Source of the DNA: Haplodiscus bocki
Taxonomy: Eukaryota
NCBI GenBank assembly: GCA_965655095.1
Contig: OZ296653.1
Location: 35,774,001 to 35,838,000 of the forward strand
Direction of reading: 5' to 3'
DNA: 64,000 nt
Of the stretch, positions 62,482 through 64,000 are shown in pieces. The position numbers and the translations under genes are program-made. The notes beneath the pieces were generated by a model. It ran no database searches, was not told where the DNA came from, and worked only from the letters and a program-made list of their open reading frames with translations. Every line of letters starts with the position of its first letter. The first letter of the stretch is position 1.

Positions 62482-64000
62482 TTAATTCCACAGTTTACTT
62501 GCAATATTCTTTATATAACATCGTTTATCATCAAATTGATATAGTGTTGATTTTTTTACTCATTGCAGATCCATTTCATGATTAATTGATCGAATAATAT
62601 AATTATCACATTCTTGTTGATATTTTCCTCCGAATAGACAATTGTAATACTCTTCAAATTTAATATGTTTTGATTGAGATTTAGAAATACCTTTTAATTT
62701 ATTTTTACTATCATCTCCACATTTAAAAGCATACATTTTACTTCTCAAACAAATCAATTCATCAATCCAAATATTTTTAGAAGATTCTATTTTAAATTTA
62801 CCAATTACTTTTTTATTTTTTTTTACTGAATAATTCATGGTTTTTATCCAAGTTACTGAAATCAAATATATCTTCTAAATTTTTCAAGTCTTTGATAATA
62901 TCTTTTGTATTTACACTTAATAAGAAGCTATCAGTATCCATATAATGCAATTGAATGTTTTCTTGTCCAAAATATGGTTGTAATTTATTATAATATGTCT
63001 CGTACATTAATAATTTACTCAATTCTAACACGGAAAATCCTAAGTATATAATAGGCTTGTCCATAAGAACTTCATTTTCTCTGAATGTATAACTATCACA
63101 ATTCTTATATGATTTATGAATACCGTTGAAGGTTAGTTTAGATTGTTGTTTTATTATTTCTCTGTCATCATCCTTCTTAACAAATTCAATTCTTAAACGA
63201 TTCCGTACATTTTCCATTGTCTTACCATAAAAAGCGTTATTTAGTAATTTGTAAAAGTCTTTTTCAAAGTCATTTACTGCTTGATTTCTTTTCTGAGTAT
63301 TAAAATTTATTCGTTCCTCTAACCACCTACTCTGTCTAAATGATATTATATCATGAACTTTATCGACTATCATTCCTTGTCCAACATAGTATTTCAACAT
63401 CCTATAATGAATCAAATAATTTTTCTTATCGGACCAATCACATATCAATTTTTGATTTTGTGTATAAGTATCAGGTATAATCTCTTTCATATAATCACTA
63501 AAATCATCAGGATTAATTTTTTTATTCACAGGAGCAAATGGAAATTTTTTTGTTTTTTCTTTTATATCATCCGGATATTTTAAATCAACTTCAACGAAAT
63601 ATCCAATATCACTATCATCTGGAGTTTTTAATATTTCTTCTAATTTAACATTATTATCAAATTTAATTTCATCATATGGTAATGGTTCAGACATTGAGTG
63701 GCCATAGAGATAATTAGCATCTATATATACTATCTTTTTATTTTCCTCTGATTGTATATATCTATCTCCCATTACAGAGCTTATACCACCACGTATATTA
63801 TTCTCTAATAACAAGATCATATCTATCTTGCAGAGTTTGTAAGCTTATTCCTGTTTATTTTAGACTACATTGCCAAGTATAACCTGGTAAACTAATACAA
63901 AATAGAGGATAAATACCAAATTCGTTAATAGATACTTTTATGAATTTCTCAAACACACATGCTAGTAGTAAAACATCACTTTTTAATTATATTTCTGTTA
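62482..64000 (-). pseudogene. Protein-primed family B DNA polymerase (pPolB) of a Maverick/Polinton, disrupted; runs off the window end
   Basis: Motifs KSDVLLLACVFE, IRGGIS, YIDANYLYG (A), KLLNNAFYGKT (B), YMDTDS (C), GKFKIE, LRSKMY, KLKGI, FDDKR; frameshifts near 63830 and 62815 and an in-frame stop at 62560; very AT-rich. Confidence 0.93.

Overview
Eukaryotic (animal-like), AT-rich, transposon-dominated window with no prokaryotic features. The repeat families resemble those I associate with the acoel Symsagittifera roscoffensis; this is recollection only and was not verified. Two host genes are supportable: an intact single-exon 1015-aa dispersed C2H2 zinc-finger gene (33879-36926 +) and the first two coding exons of MON1 (59934-60358 and 60927-61235 +). 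The rest is mostly decayed mobile DNA. It includes a truncated LTR-retrotransposon 5' end (11.26-12.5 kb), a ~6.8 kb inverted duplication with a near-identical core (21.1-27.9 kb) and a broken CRE-clade RLE non-LTR retrotransposon with an N-terminal PHD-like finger (28.0-31.1 kb, -). It also includes a ~5.03 kb BEL/Pao relic amplified three times in tandem plus a partial copy (40.3-56.2 kb, each full unit carrying a nested Helentron/HINE-like element), a decayed APE-RT LINE (56.2-59.4 kb) and a Maverick/Polinton pPolB relic with a 280 bp AGTAGT...ACTACT fold-back downstream of MON1 exon 2. Long stretches at 0.6-10 kb, 12.6-17.8 kb and 31.5-33.3 kb look like decayed minus-strand coding DNA that I cannot assign. 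I found no clear intact novel multi-gene system. The best leads are the palindrome, the chimeric tandem array, the PHD-bearing CRE, the mini-Maverick fold-back, the orphan zinc-finger protein and the unassigned fossil coding block.
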